The notes under the pieces were generated by a model, which saw nothing but the letters and a program-made list of their open reading frames with translations, did no database searches and was not told the DNA's origin. Positions 17,320 to 29,200 of a stretch of 64,000 bases of DNA are shown here, in pieces (the first letter of the stretch is position 1; each line of letters opens with the position of its first letter). Source of the DNA: Dictyostelium discoideum (Eukaryota); contig CM000150.2 of assembly GCA_000004695.1 (NCBI GenBank), positions 2,976,001 through 3,040,000 of the forward strand. The letters run 5' to 3'. Made by a program: the position numbers and the translations under genes.

Positions 17320-18295
17320 TTATAAAATTATATTACAATGAAAAATAAAAATAAAAAAAGAGAATTTGATATTAAAAATAAAATAAAAAAAAAAAAAAAG
17401 AAAAAAAAAAAAAAAGATAGTGAAAATTTGAAAAAAAAAAAAAATAAAAAAAAAAAAAATAAAAAAAAATTAAATAAAAAAAAAAAATAAAAAAAAAAAA
17501 ATTAAAAATAAAATAGATTTTTATTTTTTGTGTAAAAAAATTTTTCAAAATTAATATCAAATTTGAAATTTAAAAAAACAACTGCAATGTGTGGTGTATT
17601 TTGGGAGTTGTTTATAGTTATTTATGTATTAAAATTTTATAACAATATTTTGTTTATGACAATATTTTGTTTATATGTTTTATGGTATTTCTTATATTTA
17701 TATCTTTTAATTTATTTTTCTTATTTTATATCTTTTAATAATATTTGAGTTAATAACTGAAGAAAAAAAAAAATTTTAATTTAATTATATTTTATAATAT
17801 TTAAAATGTGTTGATAGAATTAATTAAAAAAGGATATTAAAGGGATATAATAATTTTTGGAAATAATTATTTTATAATAATAATTGAATTTGCTATTTTA
17901 AGAATATATAATTTATAATAATAAATAGAAAATACTATTTTTAAATTGGTATATGATATATGATATATGATATATCGTCAAGAATAAGAATGGTTTCGTT
18001 ATAGCAATTCGTAAAAAAAATTTAAATCAATAATTAAATATTATATTATAAAAAATAAATAACATAATAATACTTATATGTACTCACTTTGACCTTAATA
18101 ATAAAAAAAAAAAATAATGAAAAAAAAAAAAGTTTAAAAATGTGGGAATATTTTTATTTATACTCCCACTTAAATTAATATCTTTTACCTTAAGTGTTTT
18201 TACCAAAAATTATATAAAAAAAAAAAAATAAAAAATGCTTTTTACAAAAAAAAATTAATTTTATTTTTAATTTAATATTACTTCATTTATTGTTT

Positions 18296-18315
18296 TCTAT
18301 TTTAATTTTAATTTT

Positions 18316-18363
<48 letters not shown>

Positions 18364-18572
18364 CAATATTTTGATAATAAATTAAATTCTTAATAAAATA
18401 AAAATAAAACCTTATTTGGTTTTGTTTTTTTTTTGTAATAATCTTTTAAAATAAAAATAAAATAATATTAACAAGGCTCAATTTAATTTTGCCTTCATTT
18501 ATCGTTTGTGTATTACCGTTTTATTTTCTAATTTTAGTTTTATATTTTTATTTTTCTATTTTCAATTTTAAT

Positions 18573-18626
<54 letters not shown>

Positions 18627-18660
18627 CAATATTCTGATAATAAATTAAATTCTTTAATTA
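18296..18660. repeat. Two copies (18359-18393 and 18623-18657) of a 35-bp element containing the palindrome TTATCAATATT(T/C)TGATAA, each immediately preceded by a poly(T) tract of about 55 nt
   Basis: Read directly. The second copy overlaps the stop and 3' end of the GT14 gene. The palindrome is two inverted GATA half-sites (TTATC/GATAA). Confidence 0.6.
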
Positions 18661-19127
18661 TTGCATCTCTGATTTCTTTTAAATAAACTTTTCTTACAAA
18701 ATACAAACCATGTAAATTTGGTATATCTTTTAATTCTACAGCATAACGAGTATTATCTCTTGCTTCTGGATTATTATCGAACATTGTTACTCTTTTTGTG
18801 TCAAACTCAAATGAATGACCACCTTTACTATTGAAAAATATTTTTGAAGCTTGAAAGAATGATTCATCAGGAATAAATGAAAATTTAAAACTGATTAATC
18901 TTTCCAATGATTTTAAATCACTAATTAGGTATTTTACAAATTCAACATTTAAAAATTTCCATTGAGATCCGTCGCCATAACTTTTATTTCTATCATAATA
19001 TTTACTCATTCCCAAGCCATCACCACAACCTTGTTCTTTCATATTTTTTGGTAATAATTCAATTAATCCACTTTTATCATTAAGTTGTACCCAATTTCTC
19101 TATATTTAAATTTATATTAGTAATTAT

Positions 19128-19159
<32 letters not shown>

Positions 19160-20280
19160 AAAATTAATATAATATTTACATCAAATCTAAAATAATCTTT
19201 AATACAACAATGATCTAAATAACTTTTTCTTTTATTATTACATAGAATTTTTGAAAAATTTGATAATGGAATTGTTGGCATATCATTACCACTTAAATTA
19301 ATAATATGTGACCATTGACTATCTTCAAATGACAGACCAGTTTTATTAATTCTTTCTTCAACCATATCAAATAATACCGTATATGAAGCAATCTCTAAGT
19401 AAACTAATGAAATTGATCCCCATTCACCTTCAAATCTATTTTTCATAATTTTGATATTACTTGGATAATCATTCCATTTCTTTTTTGAATAATTACTTAA
19501 ATTCTCTTTTTTTGTTTCAATAATTTTTTTAAAAAATATTTCCAATTCTTCATCATCTATTTTTGTATTTCCATCAACTTTGATTTTTTTTAATAATATT
19601 TATTAGTTTTTAAATTTTTTTTTTTTTTTTTTTTTAATAATTTACTTACTATGAATAAGATAATAGTTATTTGGTGAATATAAAAATTGAAATAATGTAT
19701 TGATAGCATCATAATCAATATCTTTTATAATTAATAAAAAAGCCAATGGATTTGGGTTATCTAAATCATTACAATTATCATTATTTAAAAAATTTTCAAG
19801 TTGTTGTTCTCTTTTTTTAAAATAATTTGAATATTTTAAATTAATTTCACCTTTTTCCAAATTACTAATTAATAAAAAATCTAATAATTTAACATCTTTT
19901 TTATCCCATGGTCCATATGTTTTTAATAATTCATTAATTATTTTATTTTCATATGATTTATTTAAATTTATACTATTGTTATTATTATTTTTATTATTAT
20001 TAATTGTTAATTTTAATTCTGATAAATTGATTTCATCTCTATATTTTGAAAAACAACATATTGGTCCAATTGAATTTGAAAAGTAAGTTGCATTTGTACA
20101 TTTTTCATTTTTATCTATTTTTTCACATTTATCACCTGAATATGATGGTGGACAAATACATTTGTCACTTAAAACCGAAATACCACCATTTTCACATAAT
20201 TTAAAATTATTTTCTTGAAAACTAAATTCTACAAAAAAAATTATAAATAAAATTAAAATTAATAGTTTCTTCATTTTCAT
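18626..20280 (-). CDS. Family GT14 (core-2/I-branching beta-1,6-GlcNAc-transferase-like) type II glycosyltransferase with signal/TM anchor and an EGF-like Cys motif; complement(join(18626..19099,19180..19577,19650..20280)), about 500 aa
   Basis: Three track ORFs are joined by gtaagt..tcaaag and gtaaat..atatag introns, with phases checked against the ORF frames. GT14/DUF266-like motifs are NPLAFLLIIKD..LYSPNNYYLIH(ID), GSQWKFLNVEFVKYLISD and DESFFQASKIF. The N-terminus MKMKKLLILILFIIFF is a signal anchor; CICPPSYSGDKCE is EGF-like. Confidence 0.65.
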
Positions 20281-20711
20281 TTTATTATTCTGTTTTCTAA
20301 ATAATAATAATAAAAAAAAAAAATAAAAAAAAAAATAAAATGTATAAATGATTTTTTTTTTTTTTTTTTTATAAAATAAAATTAATTAAATAAATAAATA
20401 ATAAAAAAAAAAGTTAGAATATTGGTGTGGATATCTAATATAGTATACTTAAATCTAACTGTGGAAAAATTTCAAAAATAACCCATTTCATTAATTAATT
20501 AATTGAACCACTACAAAAATTCCTTAAAAAGTTTGTTGTTTTTTGAAAAATTCTTTAAAAAATGTGGTGGTGCCAATGAAAAAAATTATTTTAAAATAAA
20601 ATAAAAAAACAAAATAAAATAAAATAATTTTTTAATTATAATTAAAAAAATTTAATTATTTCTATTTTTTTTTTTTTTTTTTAATTTTACAAAAGTTTAT
20701 TTATATAACTA

Positions 20712-22286
20712 TTAGTTGATTTTAAAAGTTGCAGATATTGAAGTATGGTCAGAAGCATAAAATGGAGAATTAAAAGGTGATAATTTTGAGCATCTACCAC
20801 CAATTTTAAAATCTATTAAAGATAGAATTTGATCATTTGAACGTAATAAGAAATCTATTCTTTTTGAAGGTTTTGAATAAAGTGTTGGAAAAGTGAAACC
20901 ATTTACTAAATCAGTTTCTTTACATCTATCAGTATCTTCAATACCAACAATACTAACAACACCTTCATTATCTTTTAAAAATTGTAATTGTCTATTCTTT
21001 TCATTCTTTTGATTTGGATGATTTGAAAATTCAACCCAAGTATCAATTAAATTATTATTATTATTATTATTATCTTTATAATAATTATTAATATCATAAT
21101 TTCCTAATAAAAATTGAATTGCATTTTCATTTGGTTCTAAATTAAAATCACCCATAAATAAATGTGGTTTTTTAAATGAATTTATCCAATTTAAAGATTC
21201 ATATGCATTTCTTTTTGAACCATCAGTTTCTAATGAAAAATGTGATGTAAATATATTAATTTTTTTTGAAATTTCAAATTGTTGTTGTTGTTTTTTTTTA
21301 AAATTAATTTCAACTCTTAAACAAGATCTTTGATGAGCATCATCAGGTTTTTTAATATCTCTTGATAATTTAATTGAATCAATATTTGAAATTTCATGTT
21401 TTGAAAATATAGATAAACCTTCAAATTGTAAACCAGTACTTGTTGGATATACCATTGATGGTAAATAAACGAAATTATATTTTAAATTTCTTTCACCAAG
21501 TAATTTAAATAAATGTTGAACTTGATTACGTTCTTCACCCATTTTAATTGGATTACTTGATTTCACTTCACTATCCCATGCTGAAAATCTTAATTCTTGA
21601 AATGAAATTACATCTGGTAATTCTTTCTCTATTAAATCCGCCATTAATATTCTTCTATCTTTCCATGGTTCATTAAAATTCCATGTATTATATGACATAA
21701 TTTTAATTGTTTCATTAAAATTATTATTATTATCTTTATTTATATTATTAGTTGATGAAATTGTTGATAAAATATCTTTTTGTTGTTCATCATTATTATT
21801 ATTATTATTTTTATTATTATTATCATTATCATTACATATAAATTGTTGAATTGTAATTAATTTTAAATAATCTTTAAATAATTTAATTGAAAGGTATCTA
21901 CAGTTTGATTCTAAAATTCTTTTTGATTTATAATCTTCAATAATTGTTGTTGTAGATTGATTTCTAATGAATGTTTCATATTGTTTTGATTGTTGAATGG
22001 TTGTATCAACGAAAAGTGTTAACTCATAGAGTGTACCAATTTGAAAATCTTGATATTCAAGTTGGCCATAACTATTATAGGCTGGTTGTTTCAAATTATC
22101 ACCATTTCCATTTGTACTTAAAAATTGTTTTTGTAATTTACCTTCAACTACTTGAAGTTGAAATATTGGATAATTATATTTAATTCGATTCTTTAAATTA
22201 TCAACTTTTTGAAATTTATTTAAATAAAAATATCTATGTAAATTAATTGTTGGTTCAATTTGCTTGAGAAAAAAAAAAAAAAAAAG

Positions 22287-22328
<42 letters not shown>

Positions 22329-22525
22329 AATATATTATTATAATAAATAAATAAATAAATAAATAAATTACATACATCTAATAATTTATTTAATTCTTTT
22401 GAATCTAAAGATAAACTTTCGAATTCACCAACTATACCAGCATTTGAAGTTGGTTCTGAAAAAGTATTATTAATAAATAGTAATACTAAAGTAAATAATA
22501 TTATTGAAAAATGATACATTTCCAT
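20712..22525 (-). CDS. Secreted endonuclease/exonuclease/phosphatase (EEP) family protein; complement(join(20712..22262,22376..22525)), about 566 aa
   Basis: Exon 1, MEMYHFSIILFTLVLLFINNTFS.., is a signal peptide and ends at a gtatgt donor at 22375. Exon 2 follows the acceptor ttctcaag and is in frame with the track ORF. EEP hallmarks are MSYNTWNFNEPW..ISFQE, FMGDFN and YASDHTSI. Confidence 0.7.
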
Positions 22526-23038
22526 TGAATGGATTTGAAGTACTATTATATAAATAAAGATTAAAATAACCAATCTTTATATTTGTTTTTTTTTTTTCAA
22601 ACTGTGTTTCATTTTTTTTTTTGTTTGTGTTTTCACAAAAAAAAAAAAAAAAATTAAAAAAAAAATTAAAAAAAAAATAAAAATATTATTTTTTATTTTT
22701 TATTTTTTTTTATTTATTTTTATTTTTTTGTTTTATTTCAACTGCTTTTCAGGGTTAAATGAATTGATTCAATGAAAATATATAAATAGTTTTTATTAGT
22801 GTGGGAATAATCTATATGGTAAGAATTTTATTTTATTTTAATTTTTTAATTTTTTTATTTTTTATTTTTTAATTTTCACATTTAAAAATATCTTTCGTGG
22901 ATATTTTTATTAAAAAAAAATTAATTTTGGTGTTTTTTTTTTTTTTTTTTTTTTTTTTTTGTGAATAGAATAATTTTTAATTTTTTAGATTACTTTTAAT
23001 TCCTCATCAAAACAAAATAATAAATAAAAAAAAAAAAA

Positions 23039-23433
23039 ATGAGAGATTTATTAAAATTCAAGTAGGTGAATTTGGAAATCAGTTAGAACAATCAACTAAT
23101 ATTAAATCAAATTTAGAATCAATTATTAAAGGTATTCAAGATAATAAGATATTAAAAGTATTCGATAAATTCTACCATCAAGATGTTATAATGTATGAAA
23201 AAGGTGATTCAACTAATCGTGTTGGTAAAGTTGCTAATCGTAAAGCTGAAGAATCCTTTGTTAATAATGCAACAATCCATGAAGCAAAATTATTAAAAAC
23301 AATCATTGATGGTAATAATACAGCATATGAGATGTATATGGATTTCACATATGGCGAACATCGTATCAAAAAGAATCAATGGGCCATTCAACAATGGTCA
23401 AATGGTTTAATCATCAAAGAAGAATTTTATTAA
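23039..23433 (+). CDS. NTF2-like/SnoaL-like small protein. The ATG at 23039 is out of frame by one nt with the downstream domain ORF, which is open from about 23041 to the stop at 23433. Either there is a frameshift in an A4 run, or translation starts at ATG 23191 (80 aa)
   Basis: The downstream frame reads ..IQVGEFGNQLEQSTNIKSNLESIIKGIQDNKILKVFDKFYHQDVIMYEKGDSTNRVGKVANRKAEESFVNN..YEMYMDFTYGEHRIKKNQWAIQQWSNGLIIKEEFY, about 130 aa of SnoaL-like length and pattern. ATG AGA GAT TTA TTA AAA TTC AAG TAG stops after 8 codons; adding one A to the AAAA run restores a continuous ORF. Confidence 0.4.
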
Positions 23434-23456
23434 ATAAACTAAAGTAATTGTAAATT

Positions 23457-23487
<31 letters not shown>

Positions 23488-23590
23488 GTTATTTAATTAA
23501 TTATTTATTTATTATTTTTGTTTATTTTTTTTTAAACAATAAAGTAAAAGATAATAGGTTTTTAATTTTTTTTTTAATTCTCCCAACCAC

Positions 23591-23625
<35 letters not shown>

Positions 23626-23911
23626 GCGACATGGCACTGATTTTCAAATAAAAATTTTACAATTAATTCCCAAACACCAAGGAATCCAATTTTAAAAAAA
23701 AAAATCCATAATCTCTTTTTGCCAAATTTTTTTTTTTTTTTTTTTTATCTCTGATTAAAATAAAGAATTAATTTTAATGTTTTTTTTTTTTTTTTTTTTT
23801 TTTTATATTTAAAATAATTGTAGGAAAAAAAAAAAAAAAAAACAAAATTAAAATAATAATAAAAATAATATAAAAATACAATAAAATAATATTTTAATAA
23901 AATAAAAAAAA

Positions 23912-24916
23912 ATGGAAGATCGTTTACAAGAATTAAGAATAGCTGGTGGTCTTAAACCTCTAGTTGATAAAAAGAATGGTAAAAAAGGTTCAATGGTTGA
24001 AATATCTTTAGAAACACCATCAAGTTCAAAAATATATGATTATAATGAAAATAAAAATGGTGATATTGAATTAGAAATAAATGATCATCCAGATCCGGTT
24101 GAAGAATTTATGCCAGAATTTTATCAAGAAGTTGGTTTAATAAAATCATTAATGACATCAGTTAAAAAGAATATAAGAGCAATCGAAGATAAATATATAT
24201 TATCATTAAATTCAATTAGTATTGAATCACAAAATCAAAAATATGAGGATGATATACAATTAATACTAGAAGTTACAAATAGTTCATTATCTGAATTAAA
24301 GAATAAATTGGATACAATGAAAATAAGTAATGAAAAATATTCATATTCAAAATCATCAACACCCACAGAAGTTCGTATTAGAAATAGTATGTTAAATACA
24401 CTAACTCAAAAATTCATTGAAATGATGAGAGAGTATCAAGAGATTCAAAACAACTATAAAAATAAATATAAAGAAAAAATCGAAAGACAATATAAAATCG
24501 TTAAACCAGAAGCAACCTCTCAAGAAATTAACGATGCAATTCAATCAGGTGACTCTAAAAAGATTTTCGAAGAGACTATTCTCCATACACATTTACATAC
24601 TCATGCTTTGAATGCTTTAGATTATATTCAAGAAAGACATAACGATATTATTAAATTGGAACAAAGTATTAAAGAATTACATCAATTATTTTTAGATATG
24701 GCTGTTTTGGTTCATAATCAAGGTGAGTTGTTAAATGTTATTGAAGATAATATTAATTCTGCTGTATCCGATACAAGAGAGGGTACACAAAATTTACAAG
24801 AAGCTAATAAGCTTCATAAAAAATCAAGAAAGAAAATGTATATTCTTTTAATTATAGTTTCAATTGTTTTGGTAATAATTTTAGTTCCAATTTTAAGTAC
24901 TCAAATTAATAAATAA
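23912..24916 (+). CDS. Syntaxin (Qa t-SNARE) with Habc region, SNARE motif and C-terminal TM anchor, 334 aa, single exon
   Basis: The track ORF carries the SNARE-motif region ALNALDYIQERHNDIIKLEQSIKELHQLFLDMAVLVHNQGELLNVIEDNI and the C-terminal anchor KKMYILLIIVSIVLVIILVPIL. Confidence 0.85.
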   Translation: MEDRLQELRIAGGLKPLVDKKNGKKGSMVEISLETPSSSKIYDYNENKNGDIELEINDHPDPVEEFMPEFYQEVGLIKSLMTSVKKNIRAIEDKYILSLNSISIESQNQKYEDDIQLILEVTNSSLSELKNKLDTMKISNEKYSYSKSSTPTEVRIRNSMLNTLTQKFIEMMREYQEIQNNYKNKYKEKIERQYKIVKPEATSQEINDAIQSGDSKKIFEETILHTHLHTHALNALDYIQERHNDIIKLEQSIKELHQLFLDMAVLVHNQGELLNVIEDNINSAVSDTREGTQNLQEANKLHKKSRKKMYILLIIVSIVLVIILVPILSTQINK

Positions 24917-25126
24917 TTAAATATATATATATATTTAATTAAATAGTGTTTAAAATTATCTATATCTAATTTAACATTCAAAATATTTTATTGTTTATTT
25001 AATTTTTATTTAATGTTTATTATTTAAACCGATTGTTGAATTGCTTTTTTTTAGTTCAACTATTTTTTTTTTTTTTGAGAAATAATTTTTTGAAAAAAAA
25101 AAAAATAACTGAAATTAAAAAAAAAA

Positions 25127-25134
25127 TCCCATAA
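25127..25134 (+). promoter_or_regulatory. DUSE-like element (TCCCATAA, fits the [AT]CCCA[CT]AA pattern) about 64 nt upstream of the Class I RNA
   Basis: The motif is read directly; its spacing to the predicted RNA 5' end matches the reported position of about -60 for DUSE in Dictyostelium snRNA and Class I RNA genes. Confidence 0.5.
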
Positions 25135-25191
25135 AAAATTTATTATTAAAAATTGTTTTACTAATTAATAGATTTTTTACAATTATTAAAC

Positions 25192-25250
25192 AAGCTCGCC
25201 TTACAGCAATTACTCTGATTTTTCTCCAAAAAAAAAACCTTCGCGAGTTG
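25192..25250 (+). ncRNA. Dictyostelid Class I small ncRNA (about 58 nt)
   Basis: It contains the exact 11-nt Class I motif CCTTACAGCAA (25199-25209), placed immediately 3' of a short 5' stem strand GCTCGC. That strand can pair with GCGAGT at 25243-25248 to give the usual 5'/3' terminal stem. A T-run follows, and the DUSE-like box lies about 64 nt upstream. Confidence 0.65.
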
Positions 25251-25256
25251 TCCTTT

Positions 25257-25295
<39 letters not shown>

Positions 25296-26228
25296 TTGCC
25301 AATATTGGTAATTATATATAAAGGAACACACAATTAATATTATATGAATGCTGTAAAGCGAGAATCAAAACTAACTTTATTTTTTTTTTTTTTTTTATAA
25401 CCCAAAAAGAAAAAATTTACATTTTTTTTTTTTTATGACCCAACTAACCGTTAAAAAAAAAAAAAAAAAAATAATTAAAAAAAGAAAAAATAAAAATAAA
25501 AAAATAAATAAATAATTAAATAAAAAAAAAAAAAAAAAAAAATAAAATTCAGGAAAAAAAATTTCATTTCTGGTACTCATATTACAACAACAAGGAACAA
25601 CAATTTTTTTAAAAAGCAATTGAAAAAAAAAAAAAAACAAAAAAAAAAAAGAAAATATTATCGAAATGATCGCGAAAAATGACAATTAATTTTTTTTTTT
25701 TTAATTGAATTCATTTTGTGAATATATGGATATAAAAATAACCTGATGCCAACACATCGCCTTCACCAAACATTTTTCTTTTGGATGGCCACTTTATTCG
25801 AAATATGACTTTTATCTTTAGACATATTATTATTATTTTTATTTTCTTTTTAACTAAAAAAAAAAAAAAAAAAAACTATAAATTTAAAAAAAAAACAAAC
25901 TATTTTTTTTAATTTATAAAGGGTTAATAATAATAAAATAATAATTTATATAACTCCATAATTAAATATTCATTATATTATTATTTTTTTTTTTTATATA
26001 AAAAAAAAAAAAACAAAAAAAAAAAAAAAAATATTTTACCTTACTTAATAATAAATTATTCAATTTATTATTTTCATTCATATAACTTATTTATAGTTCA
26101 AATTATATTAAAAAAAAAAAAAAAATTTTATAAAAAATTTTTTTAACTAAATATTATTTTTTTTTAAAACAAATAATTTATTTTCAAATTATTAAAAAAA
26201 AAAAAAATTAATATATAATTTTTCCAAA

Positions 26229-29200
26229 ATGGAAGAAAATAGTAATAAATTTGAACAAGAATTAAAAGAAATTGGCCAAGATAGAAATCAATTTCCGCAT
26301 ATAAGTGTTGAAGAATCTCTTCAAGAATTTGATTCATTCTCAAATAAAATCGAAAATGAATCAAAACAATTTGGAGCTCAAAAAGATCCAGAATCTTATA
26401 TGGCAGGTGGTGAAACTGAAGAAGATTTCAAATTAAGAAAATATTTTGAAAACTCTGAAAGAATGCATCTTGAAAATGGTGGTAATGAAAAAAAAATGGG
26501 TGTTTCCATTAGAAATTTAACTGTTGTTGGTCTTGGTGCCGATGCATCTGTAATTGCTGATATGTCAACTCCATTTTTTAGTATTTTAAATTTTTTTAAA
26601 CCATCATTTTGGTAAGTAAAAAAATGGTATTATTATTATTATTTTAATTTTAAAGTTTACTAATTATTATTATTTTTTTTTTTATTATTTATAGGACTAA
26701 AAAAACATCAACATTTGATATTTTACATGATGTTACAACATTTTGTAAAGATGGTGAAATGGTTTTAGTTTTAGGTAGACCAGGTGCTGGTTGTTCAACT
26801 TTATTACGTGTTATTGCAAATCAAACTGCATCATATGTTTCAGTTAAAGGTGATGTTAGATATGGCGGTATTCCATCAAAAGAGTTTGAAAGATATAGAG
26901 CTGAATCTATTTATACACCAGAAGAAGATTCACATCATCCAACTTTAACAGTTCGTGAAACTTTAGATTTTGCATTAAAATGTAAAACTCCAGGTAATCG
27001 TTTACCAGATGAAACTAAAAGATCTTTCCGTGAAAAAGTTTTTAATTTATTATTATCAATGTTTGGTATTGTTCATCAAGCTGATACTGTAAGTTTTCTT
27101 TTTTTTTATTTATTTATAAAATAATTTTTTTTTTTTTTATCTTTTGCTAATTACTTTTTTTTTTTTTCCTAAATAAAATAGATTGTCGGTAATGAATATG
27201 TTAGAGGTTTATCAGGTGGTGAAAGAAAACGTTTAACAATTACAGAAGCAATGGTATCATCAGCATCAATTACATGTTGGGATTGTTCAACTCGTGGTCT
27301 TGATGCAGCATCAGCATTTGATTATGCAAAATCAATTCGTATTATGTCTGATACATTACACAAAACAACAATTGCATCATTTTATCAAGCATCCGATTCA
27401 ATTTATAATGTATTTGATAAAGTTTGTGTTTTAGAAAAAGGTCGTTGTATTTATTTTGGTCCAGTTGGTATGGCAAAACAATATTTTATGAGCTTGGGTT
27501 TCGATTGTGAACCAAGAAAATCAACACCAGATTTTTTAACTGGTGTAACAAATCCACAAGAACGTATTATTAAAAAAGGTTTTGAAGGTCGTACTCCAGA
27601 AACTTCAGCCGATTTTGAAGCAGCATGGAAAAACTCTGATATATATAGAGATCAACTTCAAGAACAAAAAGAATATGAAGAATTAATTGAAAGAACTCAA
27701 CCAAAAGTTGCATTTGTTCAAGAGGTAAAAGATGAAAATAGTAAAACCAATTTCAAAAAATCACAATATACTACAAGTTTTATTACGCAAGTTGTTGCAT
27801 TAACTAAAAGAAATTTTCAATTGATTTTAAATGATAAATTTGGTCTTTTCACAAAATATCTTTCAGTATTAATTCAAGCATTTGTATATTCATCTGTTTT
27901 CTATAATATGGCAAGTGATATTAATGGTTTATTTACTAGAGGTGGTGCAATTCTTTCAGCTGTAATTTTCAATGCTTTTCTCTCTGTTGGTGAAATGTCA
28001 ATGACTTTCATTGGTCGCCGTGTCTTACAAAAACATAAGAGTTATGCTTTATATCGTCCATCTGCTTTACATATTGCACAAGTTGTTAACGATATTCCGT
28101 TTACATTACTTCAAGTATTCTTATTTTCAATTATTGCATACTTTATGTTTGGTTTGGAATATGATGGTGGTAAATTCTTTATTTTCAGTTTTACATTGGT
28201 TGGTGCAAGCTTAGCATGTACAGCACTTTTCAGATGTTTTGGTTACCTTTGTCCATCGATGTATATCGCTCAAAATATTTCAAATGTTTTCATCATTTTC
28301 ATGCTTACCTATTCTGGTTATACAGTACCAATTCCAAAAATGCATCCATGGTTCAGTTGGTTTAGACATATCAATATCTTTACCTATGCATTTAAAGCAA
28401 TTATGGCAAATGAATTTGAAGGTAAAGAATTTAATTGTTTAGAATCTGCAATTCCATATGGTCCAGCATATCAAGGTTCAGAGTTTGATGCATATAGAAT
28501 TTGTCCATTAGGTGGTATTGAACAAGGTAGTCTCTACTTTAAAGGTGAGTTTTATATGGATAAAACTTTAAGATTCAAAGAAGGTGAAATGTCACAAAAT
28601 GTCATCATTGTTTATTGTTGGTGGATTTTCTTTGTAATTTGTAATATGCTTGCAATGGAATATATTGATCATACAAGTGGCGGTTATACTCATAAAGTTT
28701 ACAAAAAAGGTAAAGCTCCAAAAATGAATGATGTTGAAGAAGAAAAACAACAAAATGCCATTGTAGCAAATGCAACAAACAACATGAAAGATACTCTTCA
28801 TATGGATGGTGGTATTTTCACATGGCAAAACATTAGATACACTGTCAAAGTTCCAGGTGGTGAAAGATTATTATTAAACAATATTGAAGGTTGGATTAAA
28901 CCAGGTCAAATGACAGCTTTAATGGGTTCATCGGGTGCTGGTAAAACAACTTTACTCGATGTTTTAGCAAAGAGAAAAACTTTGGGTGTTGTTGAAGGTG
29001 ATTCACATTTAAATGGTAGAGAATTAGAAATTGATTTTGAACGTATTACTGGTTATGTAGAACAAATGGATGTCCACAATCCAGGTTTAACAGTTAGAGA
29101 AGCATTACGTTTCTCTGCAAAATTACGTCAAGAACCAGAGGTATCATTAGAAGAGAAATTTAAATATGTTGAACATGTTTTAGAAATGATGGAAATGAAA

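Noticed and set aside
17372-17748. Poly-Phe/Lys ORFs in A/T homopolymer DNA, with similar ones at 25395-25685, 38780-38965, 49654-49923, 51669-51976 and 52513-52827
   Set aside because: They are homopolymer-run translations without coding composition.
28011-28828. Small ORFs inside ABCG copy 1, with equivalents in copy 2 at 56048-56810
   Set aside because: These are out-of-frame or antisense ORFs inside a well-supported exon.
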